Shown piece after piece: positions 8,157-18,095 of a stretch of 64,000 bases of DNA. Numbering within the stretch: the stretch's first letter is position 1; every line of letters starts with the position of its first letter. This DNA comes from Candidatus Cloacimonadota bacterium (GTDB taxonomy: Bacteria; Cloacimonadota; Cloacimonadia; Cloacimonadales; TCS61): NCBI GenBank assembly GCA_021734245.1, contig JAIPJH010000004.1, forward strand, positions 9,645 through 73,644, read 5' to 3'. Under the pieces are notes generated by a model. That model did no database searches. It was given only the letters and a program-made list of their open reading frames with translations, and was not told where the DNA came from. A program made the translations under genes and the position numbers.

Positions 8157-10252
8157 TATTCTACCATCTTGAATGTCTTCCTGATATCGAACTCCGCTTT
8201 TTTACCATCGTTCCATTGCTGCACCGGTCGCAAATAACCGACAACACGAGAATATACTTCACAAGCCGTATTGCAATGCGGACATTTGTAATGTTCACCA
8301 TCGATGTAGCCATGAGTTTTGCAAACGCTGAAAGTTGGTGAAAATGTGAAATAAGGCAATTTGTAATTACTACAGATTTTATTCACCAGATTTTTTAAAC
8401 TATCAATGTTTCCAATTCTTTCTCCGGCAAAAAGATGCAATACTGTTCCGCCGGTATATTTTGTTTGAATCTCATCTTGAAGATCCAGAGTTTCAAAAAT
8501 ATCATCGGTATAATTTACCGGGAGTTGAGTTGAATTTGTGTAAAATGGTTCTGCCTGATGACTGTTATAATCTTTTTCGTTGGCAACCACGATATCTGGA
8601 AATCTCATTTTATCTATTTTTGCCAGACGATAAGTTGTACCTTCTGCTGGAGTTGCTTCCAGATTATAATTATTTCCGGTTTCTTCCTGATAATCTATCA
8701 ATTTATCTCGCATGAAATCCATGATCTCAATTGCAAAACCATGACCTTCTTCCATGCCAATATTGGCTCCAATCAAATTCAGGCTGGCTTCATTCATGCC
8801 AATAAGCCCAATCGTGGAAAAGTGATTTTTCCAATATTGACCGAACCTGCCTTTGATATCTCTAAGATAATATTTTGTATATGGATAAAGCGAATTATCG
8901 GTTAGTTTTTCCAGTACTTTACGCTTGATTTCCAAACTATTTTTGGCTTTTTCCATCAATTCATCAAGCCGCTGCAAAAAATCATATTTATTTTTGGAAA
9001 GATAAGCAATCCTGGGAAGATTTATGGTAACAACTCCGATAGAACCTGTAAGTGGATTTGCACCAAACAATCCTCCACCGCGAGCTTCCAATTTTCTTGT
9101 ATCCAAACGAAGACGACAACACATACTACGTGCATCATCAGGACTCATATCTGAATTCACAAAATTAGAAAAATACGGAATTCCATATTTGGCAGTAGCT
9201 TGCCACAGGTAATCCAAAGTAGGATTATCCCAATCAAAATCGGTAGTAATATTATAAGTAGGAATTGGAAATGTAAAAACTCGTCCTTTCGCATCACCTT
9301 CACTCATCACTTCCAGGAAAGCTTTGTTGATAACATTCATTTCCTCCTGAAAATCAGAATAAGTTAATTCCAGATGTTCGCCGCCCAGAATTACAGGATG
9401 ATCAGCATAAGTAGATGGAATAACCAGATCCATTGTAATGTTTGTAAAAGGTGTTTGGAAACCGACCCGAGTGGGAACGTTCACATTAAAAATAAATTCC
9501 TGCAAAGCCTGCTTTACTTCTTTGTAGGAAAGTTTATCGAAACGAATAAAAGGAGCCAGCAGAGTATCGAAATTTGAAAATGCCTGCGCACCGGCAGCTT
9601 CACCCTGCAGTGTGTAGAAGAAATTTACGATCTGGCCCAAAGCGCTGCGGAAATGTTTAGCAGGACCACTTTCAATTTTGCCGGAAGCTCCTTTAAAACC
9701 GATCATCAGAAGATCTTTGAGATCCCAGCCGACACAATAAACCGAGATCAATCCCAAATCGTGAATATGAAGTTCACCATTGATGTGAAGTTCTTTAACT
9801 TCTGGTGGATAAATTTTATTCAACCAGTAAATTTTGCTGATTTCCGAAGCAATATAATTATTTAAACCCTGTAGAGAATAAGCCATATTACTATTTTCTT
9901 TTACCTGCCAATCCAATCTCTCCAGGTATTTGTCGATCAGAGAAATTTCGGCATTGGAAACGATTTCGCGAATTTTGGCATGTTGATCTCGATAGATAAT
10001 GTAAGCTTTTGCGGATTTTTTGAAAGGAGAGGAAAGCAGAACTTCTTCTACAATATCCTGAATTTCTTCCACGCAGGGAACTTGCTTCTCAATCATTTGC
10101 TGAGCAAGATTGATAACTTGCAGTGAAAGTTTCTTGGCTATCGATTCATCAAATTCGTCCGTAGCTTCACCAGCTTTCAGGATGGCATGAGTGATTTTAT
10201 CAAACTCAAATTTTACTATCTGATTGTCGCGTTTTTTTATAAACTTAAACAT
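8156..10252 (-). CDS. nrdD: Anaerobic (class III) ribonucleoside-triphosphate reductase
   Basis: N-terminal ATP-cone (KRDNQIVKFEFDKITHAILKA). C-terminal Zn ribbon CPHCN plus glycyl-radical motif SRVVGYLRP. I prefer ATG 10252 (GGAGAG 7 nt upstream) over the tracked TTG at 10267. Confidence 0.93.
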   Translation of the reverse strand: MFKFIKKRDNQIVKFEFDKITHAILKAGEATDEFDESIAKKLSLQVINLAQQMIEKQVPCVEEIQDIVEEVLLSSPFKKSAKAYIIYRDQHAKIREIVSNAEISLIDKYLERLDWQVKENSNMAYSLQGLNNYIASEISKIYWLNKIYPPEVKELHINGELHIHDLGLISVYCVGWDLKDLLMIGFKGASGKIESGPAKHFRSALGQIVNFFYTLQGEAAGAQAFSNFDTLLAPFIRFDKLSYKEVKQALQEFIFNVNVPTRVGFQTPFTNITMDLVIPSTYADHPVILGGEHLELTYSDFQEEMNVINKAFLEVMSEGDAKGRVFTFPIPTYNITTDFDWDNPTLDYLWQATAKYGIPYFSNFVNSDMSPDDARSMCCRLRLDTRKLEARGGGLFGANPLTGSIGVVTINLPRIAYLSKNKYDFLQRLDELMEKAKNSLEIKRKVLEKLTDNSLYPYTKYYLRDIKGRFGQYWKNHFSTIGLIGMNEASLNLIGANIGMEEGHGFAIEIMDFMRDKLIDYQEETGNNYNLEATPAEGTTYRLAKIDKMRFPDIVVANEKDYNSHQAEPFYTNSTQLPVNYTDDIFETLDLQDEIQTKYTGGTVLHLFAGERIGNIDSLKNLVNKICSNYKLPYFTFSPTFSVCKTHGYIDGEHYKCPHCNTACEVYSRVVGYLRPVQQWNDGKKAEFDIRKTFKMVE

Positions 10253-10445
10253 ATCCCAACTCTCCAACTCTGTTTTAAATCGACAACTCTTTATTTTTCA
10301 TAAACTTACAAAAATGAACCCAGAAAACGCATTTTTGGACTCACTATATCTACTTGACTTAAAGATAAGGACTTAATGTTCTTGTCAAGAGCATTATAAA
10401 TTCATATTTTATTAAACTGCTCGAATCAAGCTTTATAAAGGTGTT

Positions 10446-10477
10446 TAAGCAGCGAATAAAAAATTATTCTGCTTAAC
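10446..10477 (-). terminator. Interrupted 13-bp hairpin downstream of nrdJ (possible terminator)
   Basis: TTAAGCA(gc)GAATAA-AAAA-TTATTC-TGCTTAA, about 50 nt after the nrdJ stop. It is followed only by a weak T tract on the minus strand. Confidence 0.35.
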
Positions 10478-10526
10478 TATACAGTAAAATCCCTAGATTC
10501 TTCGTCAAACAAAGCTGGTCTATTTT

Positions 10527-12785
10527 TTAGCATTTCGACCAACCACAGGAATTACACTTCAAACATCCTTCCGAATGTTCGATTGAACTACCACAATCTG
10601 GACAGGTTGCCATAGAACTTGATGAGATTTTTTTTGAAGATTCATCTTTGGCTTTTTTATTTAACTCCTCGATGTTTCTCAAGCTGTCTTGATCCAGTTG
10701 CAAAAACTTATCCAACGACTTTGCTACGCTGTCTGCACAGGAAGTTACCATACTGCCATTGCTCCACATGGGAGATGGACAGCGAATTCCTTTTAACTGC
10801 CTGGAAATGGAACTCACTTTCACATTAGATCGAAGACAAAGAGAAGTAAGACGGGCAATCGCTTCCAATTGAGCCGAGGCACATCCACCAACTTTTCCCA
10901 TTTGAGTAAAGATCTCACATGCACCCTTTTCATCGGAATTGATAGTTACGTACATATGTCCGCAACCGGTTTCGATCTTTTGTGTCGTTCCAATGGTGAT
11001 ATCCGGTCTTTCTCTGGGAGCAATACGATGACCGTTAGAAGTTTTTTGTTCTTTTATTTCCTTACCTTTGTTCAAAACCTGATTTTGACGACTACCGTCA
11101 CGATAAACAGTAACACCTTTGCAGCCAAGTTCATAAGAAAGTTCATAAGCCATCTGAATATCTTCCTTGCTGGCATTTTGGTTGAAATTAATCGTTTTGG
11201 AAACTGCATTATCGGTATATTTCTGAAAAGCTGCCTGCATCTGGATATGCCATTTTGGAGTTATATCATGACTTGTAACAAAAATCTTTTTCAGTTCTTC
11301 CGGAATTTCATCGATATGAGAGATACTGCCTGTTTCAGAAACTTTTTCCATCAACTCTTTGGAATAAATTCCTGCCTCCTTTACTGCTTTTTCAAAATGT
11401 GGATTGATGTATAACAATTTCTCTCCATCCATCACATTTTTTACATAAACCAGCGAAAACTGTGGTTCGATTCCACCGGAAGTATTCAGGATCATACTGA
11501 TGGTTCCGGTTGGTGCAATTGTGGTTGTGGTTGCATTCCTGATACCATTCTTTTTTATGTCTTTTTTCAGATTTTCCCAATCCATTTTTTCCGATTCTCT
11601 CGGCAGATTTCCTTCATCATAGACGCTACTCGTAAAATTGGGGAATGCTCCATCGATCTTTGCCAGTTTCATAGATTTAAGTTTGGAATGATAATCGATG
11701 AATTCCATGATTTCGGCTGCCAAATGCAAAGCTTGCTGACTATTGTAAGGAATTTTTAATCGGAAGAGAAGATCTGCCCAACCCATGATGCCAAGACCAA
11801 TTTTGCGATTGGCTTTTACCATCTCATCAATTTCGGGAAGTGGGAATTTGGAACGATTAATCACATCATCCAAAAACTCAACACTTTCATAAACAACCTG
11901 CTTAAGAAGTTCCCAATCAAATTTTTGCTTTTCTACCATTACAGAAAGATTTATCGATCCCAGATTGCAGGCTTCATTTGGTAGAAGCGGTTGTTCACCG
12001 CACGGATTTGTAGATTCAATCTTTCCGATATGCGGAGTTGGATTGTATTTATTAATTCTATCAATGAAAACTATTCCCGGTTCACCATTTTGATGCGCCA
12101 TTTTTATGATGAGCTTGAAAACATCACGCGCAGCAAGTTCTTTGACAATTTTGCCGGTATGAGGAGCAATGAGTTCGTATTTTTCGTCTTCATAAACTGC
12201 CTTCATGAACTTGTCTGTAATTCCTACAGAAATATTAAAATTAGTAAGTTTTGTAATATCTTCCTTGCAGGTTATAAATTCCAGGATTTCGGGATGATCC
12301 ACACTGAGAATTGCCATGTTGGCTCCACGACGAGTACCACCTTGTTTCACAGCATCTGTAGCTGCGTTAAAAACATTCAAAAAAGAGATCGGACCGCTGG
12401 AAACACCGTTGGTACTGCGGACCCTGGCATTTGCCTGCCGCAATTTACTGAAACTGAAACCTGTTCCGCCACCGCTTTTATGAATGAGAGCTGCATTTTT
12501 TACTGTTTCAAAAATACTATCCATGCTGTCTTCCAAAGGTAAAACAAAACAGGCAGAAAGCTGTTGAAGATCGTTTCCGGCATTCATCAATGTTGGTGAA
12601 TTTGGCAGGAAGCAACCAGAATCGAGTAATGCATAATATTTTTTTCTTTTATCTTCGTTGCCACCGCTGATATCAGTCGCAACGCGGTTTATCATTTGAT
12701 CCCAGTTTTCAATTGGTTCATCATTTTTATCATGTTTAAAATAACGTTTTTTGAGCACAGTAAGTGCATTTTCTGTTAAAATCAT
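10527..12785 (-). CDS. nrdJ: Class II (adenosylcobalamin-dependent) ribonucleotide reductase
   Basis: 752 aa. TLMNAG, NPCGEQPL, TIAPTGT and VSKTINF motifs. C-terminal Cys-rich tail CPDCGSSIEHSEGCLKCNSCGWSKC. Confidence 0.93.
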   Translation of the reverse strand: MILTENALTVLKKRYFKHDKNDEPIENWDQMINRVATDISGGNEDKRKKYYALLDSGCFLPNSPTLMNAGNDLQQLSACFVLPLEDSMDSIFETVKNAALIHKSGGGTGFSFSKLRQANARVRSTNGVSSGPISFLNVFNAATDAVKQGGTRRGANMAILSVDHPEILEFITCKEDITKLTNFNISVGITDKFMKAVYEDEKYELIAPHTGKIVKELAARDVFKLIIKMAHQNGEPGIVFIDRINKYNPTPHIGKIESTNPCGEQPLLPNEACNLGSINLSVMVEKQKFDWELLKQVVYESVEFLDDVINRSKFPLPEIDEMVKANRKIGLGIMGWADLLFRLKIPYNSQQALHLAAEIMEFIDYHSKLKSMKLAKIDGAFPNFTSSVYDEGNLPRESEKMDWENLKKDIKKNGIRNATTTTIAPTGTISMILNTSGGIEPQFSLVYVKNVMDGEKLLYINPHFEKAVKEAGIYSKELMEKVSETGSISHIDEIPEELKKIFVTSHDITPKWHIQMQAAFQKYTDNAVSKTINFNQNASKEDIQMAYELSYELGCKGVTVYRDGSRQNQVLNKGKEIKEQKTSNGHRIAPRERPDITIGTTQKIETGCGHMYVTINSDEKGACEIFTQMGKVGGCASAQLEAIARLTSLCLRSNVKVSSISRQLKGIRCPSPMWSNGSMVTSCADSVAKSLDKFLQLDQDSLRNIEELNKKAKDESSKKISSSSMATCPDCGSSIEHSEGCLKCNSCGWSKC

Positions 12786-12886
12786 AATTCTTCCTCTCCC
12801 CGATAAACAATAAGTTGTTGAAATTTAAGACTTTACAGACAAAATCATTTAATTTCTCAATTCCAACTCATCATTATTTATTAGTT

Positions 12887-12915
12887 CAAATTCAAGCAAT
12901 TAGCTGTGGTGTCAA
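12887..12915 (-). promoter_or_regulatory. Promoter candidate TTGACA-N17-AATTTG for nrdJ
   Basis: Minus-strand TTGACA (12915-12910), 17-nt spacer, AATTTG (12892-12887). About 100 nt upstream of the nrdJ ATG. Confidence 0.45.
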
Positions 12916-13105
12916 GACAGAAAAAAAATGAAAAAAACTTAAAATTTCCTAATCCTTATTTGGTGGGAATTAACAATGATTATTTTTTTTCAGAAAATTT
13001 ATTTGCTGAAATTTTATTCAATCTGGTCTTAATTTTGCCCTAATTTATAAAAGATAATTTAAATCATTTTATCATATTATTTTATACTGATATTTTTAAA
13101 TTTCG

Positions 13106-14320
13106 TTAGTTTCTAATGATCTTTATTGGATCGATTTTGACGGTTTTTTTGGCAGGTAAAATAGTAGACACAAAACTAATTATGATCGCAATAAGTGGAA
13201 CAAGTATGAAATCGATAGTTCGCATTTCGACAGGAAGCCATTGCAGAGGAAAACCAGGAACAGGAATTTGCACGATTTGCCATTTCAACTGAGCCCAAAG
13301 CAGACCCAATGCTAAAACTAAAGCAAACAGAACTCCGATAATACCAATCAGAGTTCCAGCAAAAATGAAGATCTTGATAATATCTTTTTCACTGGCTCCC
13401 ATTGCTTTCAAAACGCCGATCTCCACTTTTTTCTCTGTTACCAGTTTAACGAAATTACCAGTCATATTGAAGGAAGCGATGATTATCATGAGTGCCAGAA
13501 CCAGATACATGATGATCTTTTCCATCTTCATGGCATTGAACAGATTAGCATCGAAAACGCTCCAATCTTCTACAACATATTCGCTGCCAAGAAGTTTTTG
13601 AATTTTAACAGCATAAGAACGCGATCTATTTGCATCGATCGTTTTTACTTCTACAGAATTAACTTCATCGGAAAATCCTAGATAATATTGTGCATTATTC
13701 AGCGAAATGTATACGTGTAGCTGATCATATTCCGGCATTCCTGATGAGAAAATTCCCACAACTTTCAATTTCTTGCTTTTGGGTAAAAGTCCAAATGGAG
13801 AAGGCTCCGTTCCGACTGGTGAAATAAGTTGAACATATTCTCCAACAGTTGCATTGATGGTAAGCGACAAATCCAGGCCGATAATAATGCCGTCTTCTTC
13901 CAGATCTTTTTTTTCGGGAACGCCAACTACAATCTTGTTAATAATCTCTGTTATTTTGTGATGTTTTTCATAATCAATTCCAAAACAAAGTGTAGATGCC
14001 AGATTCTGATCTTTCTGAATCATCAATTCTGTTTCACAGACAGGAGCGGAAGCTTTGATAAAAGAAAAAGAAGATATTTTTTCCCCGATTTCCCGATAAT
14101 CCTTAATTGGTGAATAATCATTTTGATGAATCTTGATCTCTGCCTTTGAGCCGATCACTCTTTTGCGCATATCAGTATCAAATCCGTTCATCACGGAAGA
14201 CACAACCAGCAGTGCAAACACTCCAATAATAATTCCACAAACTGAAAGCAGGTTTGTTAAACTGAAAAATATTTTATTTCTGCCCTTCAAATAGCGAAGA
14301 GCGATAAGATAATGAAACAC
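13106..14320 (-). CDS. LolC/LolE-type (FtsX/MacB-fold) lipoprotein-release ABC permease
   Basis: N-terminus FHYLIALRYLKGR, MacB-type periplasmic domain, C-terminal FtsX helices (KAMGASEKDI). GTG start. Confidence 0.85.
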   Translation of the reverse strand: MFHYLIALRYLKGRNKIFFSLTNLLSVCGIIIGVFALLVVSSVMNGFDTDMRKRVIGSKAEIKIHQNDYSPIKDYREIGEKISSFSFIKASAPVCETELMIQKDQNLASTLCFGIDYEKHHKITEIINKIVVGVPEKKDLEEDGIIIGLDLSLTINATVGEYVQLISPVGTEPSPFGLLPKSKKLKVVGIFSSGMPEYDQLHVYISLNNAQYYLGFSDEVNSVEVKTIDANRSRSYAVKIQKLLGSEYVVEDWSVFDANLFNAMKMEKIIMYLVLALMIIIASFNMTGNFVKLVTEKKVEIGVLKAMGASEKDIIKIFIFAGTLIGIIGVLFALVLALGLLWAQLKWQIVQIPVPGFPLQWLPVEMRTIDFILVPLIAIIISFVSTILPAKKTVKIDPIKIIRN

Positions 14321-14323
14321 CTT

Positions 14324-15568
14324 TTACTCCGATGAATTTTGAGAAATCTTTCGATAAAGCTCTAAAATATTCTTATGAATTTGTTTCCGAGTAAAATTAT
14401 TCTTCAGCTGATTAAAAGAATTCTGTATCAGTCGAACTCTGAAACCGGAATTTGTTCTTACAAAATTCAAAGAATCGGCCAAAGATCGAAGGTCATCTTT
14501 TTTATAAAGGTAACAATTTTTTTTATTATCAAACAGAAATCCACTTCCTTCACTTTGAAAAGAGATAACTGGAACTCGGCTGGCCCAGGCTTTTAAGATC
14601 TGTTCGTTTTGCGACCATTTGGTAGCTGGATTGATAAAATAATCTGCAGCTTCATAAGCCTGCTTCAAGAAATTCAGATCGGAGCTTAAATCGGAAATAA
14701 TGGTTATCATATTATGAAGTTTGGCTTCATCTATCTTCTGCTGCATTTTTTGTAGATAATTCTTTGATTTTATTTTGCCAATGAATAAGAAATGAAAATT
14801 TTCTTTTTGCGATCTTAAATGTTCTGCCAGCTCCAGCAACCTAATTTGATTTGCTCCAAGATCAATATCAGATTCAAACAGGACCAATTCCGAAGTTGGA
14901 GATATTTTGTATTTTTTCCTGAAATCATGAGAACCTACGATCTGAAATTCTTCAAGATCAATCGCACAGAAAGCTGGAATTATGTTTTTATCAGGATATT
15001 TTTCTTTTAAAAGTATAAACTTTTTGTGATCGTAGCAAATTATTCCAGCTGCTTCAGAAAAAATGTCGATATCTTTTGAGAAAGCATCGATAAATTTACC
15101 ATAATCAATTATTCGTTTTTTTATTTTTTCCAATTTTTCAAAATGCAGTTTATCGGCATCGGTGAACACAGAAACAATATAGGGAATTTTATATTTCTTT
15201 GCAATATTGGTAACACTAACTGCAATGCGACCACTTGTATGAATATGATAGATATCTACATCACTGCTTTTTTTCAAAAACTTACTAATTCCTTTGCAAT
15301 GAGGATTTCCAATTGTTTCGTCCAAGAATTCTCTATCTTGCTTATTTAGATTTAAATACGGATAGTTATGGTGAAATCTTTTAACCGAATAATTTTCATA
15401 CATTTCTTCGGTTATGCTTGCACCAGCCAGTGTAGAGATCACTGTATTTTGATGCTCCTTTTTCTGTAAAAAATCCATAAGTTCATGAATTTTTTTCTCG
15501 GTTTCAGAAGCATTTTCCGGCACAAAACGCCGTGTAATATGATAGCAATTTATCTGATATTTATTCAT
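14324..15568 (-). CDS. Glycosyltransferase, GT-B fold (family 1/4-like)
   Basis: Has the general layout of a GT1/GT4 enzyme (HIHTSGRIA..., C-terminal VPVISFQSEG). I prefer ATG 15568 (MNKYQ...), which overlaps the upstream stop by 8 nt (ATGAATAA), over the tracked 15625. Confidence 0.65.
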   Translation of the reverse strand: MNKYQINCYHITRRFVPENASETEKKIHELMDFLQKKEHQNTVISTLAGASITEEMYENYSVKRFHHNYPYLNLNKQDREFLDETIGNPHCKGISKFLKKSSDVDIYHIHTSGRIAVSVTNIAKKYKIPYIVSVFTDADKLHFEKLEKIKKRIIDYGKFIDAFSKDIDIFSEAAGIICYDHKKFILLKEKYPDKNIIPAFCAIDLEEFQIVGSHDFRKKYKISPTSELVLFESDIDLGANQIRLLELAEHLRSQKENFHFLFIGKIKSKNYLQKMQQKIDEAKLHNMITIISDLSSDLNFLKQAYEAADYFINPATKWSQNEQILKAWASRVPVISFQSEGSGFLFDNKKNCYLYKKDDLRSLADSLNFVRTNSGFRVRLIQNSFNQLKNNFTRKQIHKNILELYRKISQNSSE

Positions 15569-18068
15569 TTGATAAATCAACCTCGATAATAGTTTCGTTA
15601 ATGATATCGTATCTGTTCTTTTCAATTCGGGATACCAGCTGATAAATTATCTGCATTCCCATTCCTCTGAATTTATCAGGTTCGGCAATATTTTTGTCTT
15701 CTGCTTCCGGCAGTTCCCAATCCATTCCATTATCTATGAATTTCATAGAGATTTTGTCATCAATATCGAAGTAAAATGCAATTATCGTATCTTTCTTTGT
15801 TTGTAATCCATGTTCAATAATATTGTTCAAAAACTCATTGATTACAAGTTCGATCTCAGTTGCCATTTTTTCATTTCCCACATATTCCATAATTGCTCGG
15901 AAGCATTCATTAGCAATTTCGGTAGTATTCTGAGAAAGAGAATTCACCATAAATAATTTATTGAATTTACCTTTTTTCTTTTTCTTCATTTTCTGGAATG
16001 TTAGCATGGTAAAATCATCTGCATTTATATCATATTTCAGATCCATCAATCTCTGTTTGAAAAGATGAGGAAGAATTATTCCTGTATCGATATTTGACTG
16101 TTCTTCCAAAAACTGAGTAAAACCAGCAAGTCCCAATTGATGACCATCAGGATTTTCACATTCGAAAATACCATCTGTATACAAAATATAGGATTTATTA
16201 TTTTTAAATTGGATAACATCTTCATGATCGGAAGTATAGTCAAAATCTTCATCCCAACCCACAGGAATGGAACCGCTATCTCCCATAACTTTTGTTTCAC
16301 CCGTTTTAAGATCGTATTCGATGATAGAAGGATGACCAGCATTTATGTAGCGGATCTCGTTCTTCTTAAGATCAATTAAACCTAAAGTTATAGTCATATA
16401 ATCATTATCGAACAGGCGGCGACAAAGAATTTTATTTAGCCGTTTGATGATAAAATGTGGTTTTATATTCTTCTTTTCACTTTCGATAACCATGCTGATT
16501 ATCGATTTTACAGCTGTCATCATAAGCGCAGCTTTTACACCATGCCCAGAAATATCTCCTACATAATAAACATATTTGCTGTTTGATATTTTGAGGATAT
16601 CAAAAAGGTCTCCTCCAATAGAACTGGAAGGTTTATAAATCGATGAAAAAACGATATCATTTTCCAGGCGTAACCATTGTGGAACCAGATAAGTTTGCAC
16701 GGAAGATGCCAGATCTATTTCCTGTTTCAATGAATTATAGAGGTTTTCAATTTCTTCTGCTGCTCTCTTACGTTGCAGAGCATTCACGATTATTTCGACC
16801 AGTATTTTGAGAAGTTTTATCGTGTCGTTGTCCCAATGTTTTTCATATTGGATGCTGCAAAGTCCTACAAATCCCAGAAGGTTATGCTCATAAACCATTG
16901 GCAGGAAAATGATAGAACGAGCTTTGATAGATGTTAGAAGCTCCTTTTCTTTCTCGGCCTGGGGTGGCATGGTAAAAATTGTAGGAATAAAAACCATATC
17001 CTGATTTTGCAATTGATCATGAAGCCAGGGAATTTCATCAACCATCAATTCATTTTTAAAATCTTGAGCAACATCAATTTCTGTGGAATACCAGTTGTTC
17101 GATCTTACAAAATTCGTTTTCTTTTCGTCCAATCGATACACAAAGGCACGATCGATATTTATGAAATTGCCGATTTTCATTAAACTTTCATCTACAGCAG
17201 CTTCTATTTTGTTTGTAGTCAAATTTATAAAATTTGTAGAAATTTGATTGATTAGTTTTTCGAACTTTACCCTGAATTCCAAAGCCTGCTTCACTTTTCT
17301 TTCTTCGGTCACATCCTCTTTTACGGCAATCAAATGAATAATATTGCCTTCATCATCGAACACAGGAGAAATGGAGGCTAATTCCCAATAACGCAAACCG
17401 TTTTTCTTCTGATTCAAAAATTCACCGGTCCAGGTTTTACCGGAAAGCACAGTATCCCAGAGTTCTTCATAAAATTCTTGTTCATGATATTCTGTTTTAA
17501 GAATTCGCGGATTTTTGCCGATCACTTCTTCCGATTTGTAACCGGTGACTTTCACAAATTTCGGATTTACATATTCTATATTTCCATTCGGATCGGTGAT
17601 CACCACCGAAGCAGAACTTTGTTCCACAGCATGAAAAAGCATCTTGATCTTATTTTCTGCTTCTGTTTGGGTTCGCAACAACTCGTTGTGCCTTACAGCT
17701 TGTTCCACCGTTACCGGCAAGAGCTGCAGATAATGGCGTTCGTTATCTTTGATCAGATAATCATGCGCACCTTCTTTCATTGCTTTTACTGCCACTTCTT
17801 CATCACCGCTTCCGGTAACAAAAATGAAAGGAATTTTAGTAGATTTATCAAGTATATCAAAGGCATTTCCATCACCAAGATTAAAATCGGCAATGATGAT
17901 ATCAAAATCATTTTCATTTAAGATTTTCTTAGCATTTTCCACCGAATCTGCTATCATAAAATCATAGGGAAGGTCCTGATTTTTTACAAGACGTTTAAAA
18001 GCCATTTGATCTATCACATCATCTTCTACCAGCAATACTTTTATTTTTTTGTCTTCAATATCCACCAT
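15561..18068 (-). CDS. Multidomain signalling protein: REC - PAS - GAF - PP2C/SpoIIE phosphatase - RsbW-like HATPase
   Basis: REC (KVLLVEDDVID, IIIADFNLGD). PAS (VVITDPNGNIEYVNPKFVKVTGY). GAF-like middle region. SpoIIE motifs (GGDLFD, VGDISGHGVKAALMM, YTDG). C-terminal anti-sigma-kinase-like segment (ELVINEFLNNIIEHG, GMGMQI). Confidence 0.85.
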   Translation of the reverse strand: MVDIEDKKIKVLLVEDDVIDQMAFKRLVKNQDLPYDFMIADSVENAKKILNENDFDIIIADFNLGDGNAFDILDKSTKIPFIFVTGSGDEEVAVKAMKEGAHDYLIKDNERHYLQLLPVTVEQAVRHNELLRTQTEAENKIKMLFHAVEQSSASVVITDPNGNIEYVNPKFVKVTGYKSEEVIGKNPRILKTEYHEQEFYEELWDTVLSGKTWTGEFLNQKKNGLRYWELASISPVFDDEGNIIHLIAVKEDVTEERKVKQALEFRVKFEKLINQISTNFINLTTNKIEAAVDESLMKIGNFINIDRAFVYRLDEKKTNFVRSNNWYSTEIDVAQDFKNELMVDEIPWLHDQLQNQDMVFIPTIFTMPPQAEKEKELLTSIKARSIIFLPMVYEHNLLGFVGLCSIQYEKHWDNDTIKLLKILVEIIVNALQRKRAAEEIENLYNSLKQEIDLASSVQTYLVPQWLRLENDIVFSSIYKPSSSIGGDLFDILKISNSKYVYYVGDISGHGVKAALMMTAVKSIISMVIESEKKNIKPHFIIKRLNKILCRRLFDNDYMTITLGLIDLKKNEIRYINAGHPSIIEYDLKTGETKVMGDSGSIPVGWDEDFDYTSDHEDVIQFKNNKSYILYTDGIFECENPDGHQLGLAGFTQFLEEQSNIDTGIILPHLFKQRLMDLKYDINADDFTMLTFQKMKKKKKGKFNKLFMVNSLSQNTTEIANECFRAIMEYVGNEKMATEIELVINEFLNNIIEHGLQTKKDTIIAFYFDIDDKISMKFIDNGMDWELPEAEDKNIAEPDKFRGMGMQIIYQLVSRIEKNRYDIINETIIEVDLSNE

Positions 18069-18095
18069 TTTATCACCTTTAAAAAATAATTTCTG

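Noticed and set aside
10268-10526. Cobalamin riboswitch or tandem NrdR boxes upstream of nrdD
   Set aside because: No B12-box-like GC-rich core was seen. Only one weak NrdR-like half-match (CACTATATCTAC, about 11 of 16 to the consensus) is present, with no second box at the usual ~31-bp spacing.
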